NCBI GenBank assembly: GCA_965250285.1
Contig: OZ252299.1
Location: forward strand, 1,248,001 to 1,312,000
Source of the DNA: Myxococcota bacterium
GTDB lineage: Bacteria > Myxococcota_A > UBA9160 > UBA4427
Direction: 5' to 3'
DNA: 64,000 nucleotides
The translations under genes and the position numbers were made by a program. Positions 60,651-64,000 of this stretch are shown here, one piece after another; positions within the stretch are counted from its first letter, which is position 1; every line of letters begins with the position of its first letter. The notes under the pieces were generated by a model. That model searched no databases, was not told where the DNA came from, and saw only the letters and a program-made list of their open reading frames with translations.

Positions 60651-61475
60651 TTGGATGATCCCAGCCAGCTCGCGTTCTGGGCCAGCCTCCTCGCCGGGGC
60701 CGTGATCGGCGCGTGGGCGGGCTTCTCGGCGACGTCGGGTTGGATCGTCGTCTTCCCGCTGCTCTTCGTCGTGGCCGAGCGACCGCTCTTCGAGTGCCTG
60801 CTCGCGTCGCTCGTCGTCGACTGGTCGTGCGCCTTCGTGGCGGCCGTGTCGTACGTGCGCCGCGGCGACGCCGACGTCGGCTTCGCGGTGCGCTGGGCCG
60901 CCATCTCGGTCCCCCTGGTGCTGCTCGGCGTGGGCATCGCGGTGAGCGTGCTGCCGCACCTCGACTCGCTGCTCGGTGGCATCTCCGGGCCGATCGCGAT
61001 CGGCATGGGGCTGCTGCTGTTGCGACGAGCGTGGCGCTCGGGCGCACCGCCGACGGTCGATGCCCAGGACGCTCAGCCGACGGAGGGCCCGCGCCACGCG
61101 ACGGGGGTGCTCCGCGCCGGCCTCGTCGCCAACGGCACGCTGATGGGCATTCTCGGTCAGAGCGGCGGACTGAATACGGCGCTGCTGCTCATCTGGCTGC
61201 GGGGCAAGCCCACGCGCGCCGCCGTCGCGACGGCGGTGCTGCTGGGCGCGATCGTGCTGCCCGTGGGCATCGCCGCCTATCTCTGGGTGACAGCGGGGGC
61301 GGGGGGGCTCTGGCCGGTGCTCGGCCCCTTTGCCCTGGCCAGCATCGCGGCTTCGGCGACGGCGGCGCACCAGGTCGCGCACATTCCCGAGCGCAGGCTC
61401 GAGTTCGTCGTCGCCTTCTGCGTGTTGCTCGCCGGCACCGTCGCGACCGCGCAGCGCTGGATCATGCCGGTCTGA
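60651..61475 (+). CDS. TauE/SafE (TSUP) family transporter
   Basis: About 8 TM segments; G..GA..G…GW..VFP and GILGQSGG repeats, AVAT. Confidence 0.7.
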   Translation: MDDPSQLAFWASLLAGAVIGAWAGFSATSGWIVVFPLLFVVAERPLFECLLASLVVDWSCAFVAAVSYVRRGDADVGFAVRWAAISVPLVLLGVGIAVSVLPHLDSLLGGISGPIAIGMGLLLLRRAWRSGAPPTVDAQDAQPTEGPRHATGVLRAGLVANGTLMGILGQSGGLNTALLLIWLRGKPTRAAVATAVLLGAIVLPVGIAAYLWVTAGAGGLWPVLGPFALASIAASATAAHQVAHIPERRLEFVVAFCVLLAGTVATAQRWIMPV

Positions 61476-61524
61476 GAGGGGCGAGCCGGGCGCGGGATCG
61501 GGTCGATCCGCGCTGCCTGCGGTC

Positions 61525-62649
61525 CTACAGACCGAGCTGATACATCCGGTGCACCTTCCGCACCTGGCCGTTCAGCGACTCGACGTTGCTGAGCATGCGG
61601 GCCGTCGTCTCCTGGATCTGCACCATCTCGAGATCGGTGAACTGGTCGTGCTCTTTCAGTGTGTTCTCGAGCTCCTGGTAGAGCATCATGTTCGCGCCCG
61701 TCCCCTGGAACTCCGGCAGGATGCCCATGCCATTGACCAGCAGCCACGGGGTGCGCTTGATCTCGCGCCAGAGCCTGAAGAGATCGAACACCCCCACCGT
61801 TCCGCCGCTGCGCTGAAGCACCGACGACAGGTCGTAGAAGCCGAAGAGGAAGCCGACGACCTTGTCGTCGTGGGCGATCAGCTTGATCAGCTCGGGGCGC
61901 GCGATCTGCAGCAGGCTCTTCTTCAGATAGGCGATCTCGTTGGGCGAGAGCTCGTAGTTGCCCGGGTGATCGGCGAGCGTCTCGTAGAACAGATGGACGA
62001 CGTCGTCGGCGAGCCGCTCGAGCTCCTTCTTCTTGCGCAGGCGAAGCACACGAAAGTGGCCGTCGGCCGCCGCCGCATCGGCGCGCTCGCGAAGCGGTTC
62101 AGGCAGCCGTGCGGTCGTGGGCAGATGGAACGAGAAGTTGTCGAGATACTTCTCGAAGCCGAAACCCTCCATGAGAGCGGGGAGCCACGGCCCGTTGTAG
62201 GGCATCATCGTCATCGAGGCGCGATGCTCGAAGCCCTCGACCAGCATGCCGCCGCCGGTCACACCCCCGAAGCCCATTGGGCCGATCAGCTGCTCGAGCC
62301 CGCGGTTGCGCGACCAATCGCGTGCCGCTTCGAGCAGGCGATCGGCCACCGCCCGATCGTCGACGCAGTCGAAGAAGTAGAAGTGTGCGCACTTCATGTC
62401 GTGGGTCGCGTTGTAGCGCGGGTTCTCGAACACGAAGATGCGACCGAGCGCGCGGCCCTCGTGCATCGCCACCAGGAACTCGCCGTGGGCGTGCTCGAAG
62501 AGGGGATGCCGGCGATCGACGAGCTCGGCGACGTCGCCCTTCAGCCACGGCACCCATTGCGGGTCGTCTCGGTGAATCGACGCCGGGAGCGTGTAGAAGT
62601 GCTCGAAGGCAGGGCCCTTCGCATTCTCGACCTTCACGATCTCGGTCAT
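61525..62649 (-). CDS. GNAT-fold protein (YghO-like)
   Basis: DPQWVP, HPLFEH, GRI, IGPM, GMLVEGFE, MMPYN, MGILPEFQGTG; GGAGG RBS. Confidence 0.75.
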   Translation of the reverse strand: MTEIVKVENAKGPAFEHFYTLPASIHRDDPQWVPWLKGDVAELVDRRHPLFEHAHGEFLVAMHEGRALGRIFVFENPRYNATHDMKCAHFYFFDCVDDRAVADRLLEAARDWSRNRGLEQLIGPMGFGGVTGGGMLVEGFEHRASMTMMPYNGPWLPALMEGFGFEKYLDNFSFHLPTTARLPEPLRERADAAAADGHFRVLRLRKKKELERLADDVVHLFYETLADHPGNYELSPNEIAYLKKSLLQIARPELIKLIAHDDKVVGFLFGFYDLSSVLQRSGGTVGVFDLFRLWREIKRTPWLLVNGMGILPEFQGTGANMMLYQELENTLKEHDQFTDLEMVQIQETTARMLSNVESLNGQVRKVHRMYQLGL

Positions 62650-62784
62650 GCGGTCACCTCCATCGTCGGCGTGTCGGGTGGGTCCAAAGGCGCATATCAA
62701 CGCTATCCCACGCGGCGCCAGGCGGCCGCGGGGCCGAAGCCCCGGTCGCTGCTCGGGTCGCGGTGCACCCACCTCATCGGGGCG

Positions 62785-64000
62785 TCAGCGTGATCGGCGG
62801 GCAGCCGACACGCGCAGCGCGATCTGGTGAAAGATCGAGCGAGCAAAGCCGAGCGGGTGGCTTCGCAGCTGGCGCAGGAGCAGCCGGCGAAAATGGGGGG
62901 CGCCGTCCATCGTCGACTTGCGCTGACCGGTCTCACCATGAAACGCGAGGTCGGGCATGTCGACGGGCTCGAGCCCGACATCGAGCGTGAAGTGCTCGGT
63001 GCGCGGTGCCAGGCAGCTGGTGTCGGTGCACGCCTGATAGTGCACGGTCACGTCGATCGGCACCGAATCATGGTCGACCGGTCGACACTCGCTGACGAGC
63101 TCGGCCCGCGGGTAGAATGGGACCACGATGTCGACTCCGTCGTCCCACACGTTCAGCGTCAGGTCGAGCCCGTCGAGCCGCAGGGGACGGGTCGGCGGAA
63201 CCTCGGGGTCGAGCGTCACGAGGCCGTCGGGCCCCGACACCTCGACCCGTGTGGCCACCATACCTTCGGGCACGGGCTCGCCATAGACGTGCAGACCGTC
63301 GCCGAGCGAGAAGCGCACGACGAGCTTGCGAACGATCCCCTGACGCAGGGTGCCGCGACCACCGTGCACGAAGGTCTCGATGCGCACGTCGTCGTCGCCG
63401 CCCGTGAGGGGCGTGTCGTCGGGGCCGGCGAGCACGCCGCCGAGCGCTGCGTCGATCAGACTCTCGGCGCTGTCTCGCTTCTTGTAGCTGTCGTGGAAGA
63501 ACTTCTCGACGACGACGCCGTGCTCGTCGGTGACGTACGTGCCGGGCCAGGGCACGCCGTAGGCCGGGATATCGCCCGGCTTGAGGGCCGTGTTGAGGAT
63601 GCCGTAGCGGCGGATGACCTCGGAGCCCGCGTCGGAGAGCATCGGGTACTCGATGTCGTACGTCTCAGCGAACGCGGCCAACGCGTCGACGTCGTCATAC
63701 GAGATGGCGTAGAGCTTGATGCCCGCCGCCTCGAACTGGGCCTGTGCATCGCGCAGCTCGACGAGCTGCGTAAAGCAGGGGGGTCACCAGACCGCCGATC
63801 GAAAGAACACGACGGCGGCCTTCGAGTCGCCGCGGTCAGCGTGAAAGTCGACCGTGCGCCCGGTGTGGTCGGTGAGCACCCAGTCGGGCAGCCGCTCGCC
63901 GATCGCGGGGCCGGTCGGCGCCTCGTCGGGCATGTTCGCGCGGCCGGGGTGCCCGAGCGGGGCCGGCGCGTCGAAGCCGAGATGGTCGCGTTCGTGAAAG
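62785..64000 (-). CDS. Selenocysteine-containing AhpC/TSA (thioredoxin-fold, UxxC) + DsbD-N-like fusion protein; 5' end probably outside window
   Basis: Frame open from 63999: GPAIGERLPDW.LTD...VVFFRSAVW-TGA(63786-63784)-PPCFTQLVEL...YAISYD..; C-terminal HVYGEP...YQACTDTSCLAP. Confidence 0.85.
63741..63783 (-). promoter_or_regulatory. Bacterial SECIS-like hairpin
   Basis: After the UGA: CGCAGCUC-GUC-GAGCUGCG (63770-63752), loop G 22 nt downstream of the UGA; lower CCUG/CAGG pairing. Confidence 0.7.

Overview
High-GC (roughly 70% by eye) bacterial chromosomal window. The gene content (PilT, PilZ, PEP-CTERM, sigma54 promoter, four acyl-CoA ligases) fits a Myxococcota/deltaproteobacteria-like organism; this is inference only. 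It holds about 60 CDSs, including mgtE, khpA, bS22, rpoZ, rph-rdgB, cstA, murJ, a BMP-type ABC transporter and a fused 5-oxoprolinase, plus tRNA-Lys(CTT) and tRNA-Leu(TAG), each followed by atypical DNA. I saw no CRISPR array, integrase or transposase. Main highlights: (1) a selenoprotein split by the ORF track, an AhpC/TSA-like W-U-P-P-C domain fused to a DsbD-N-like domain with a SECIS-like hairpin; (2) a VanZ / Ddl-like ATP-grasp / KamA-like aminomutase / MurJ cluster whose mutase has an altered substrate pocket; (3) a His->Arg pseudo-histidine kinase behind pilT; (4) two divergent ECF sigma genes with mirror-image GTAACC-N15-CGTAG promoters; (5) a protamine/H1-like Lys-rich gene beside long structured non-coding DNA; (6) repeated gene-end tandem duplications and bridging mini-ORFs. 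All product calls come from motif recognition by eye, not database searches.
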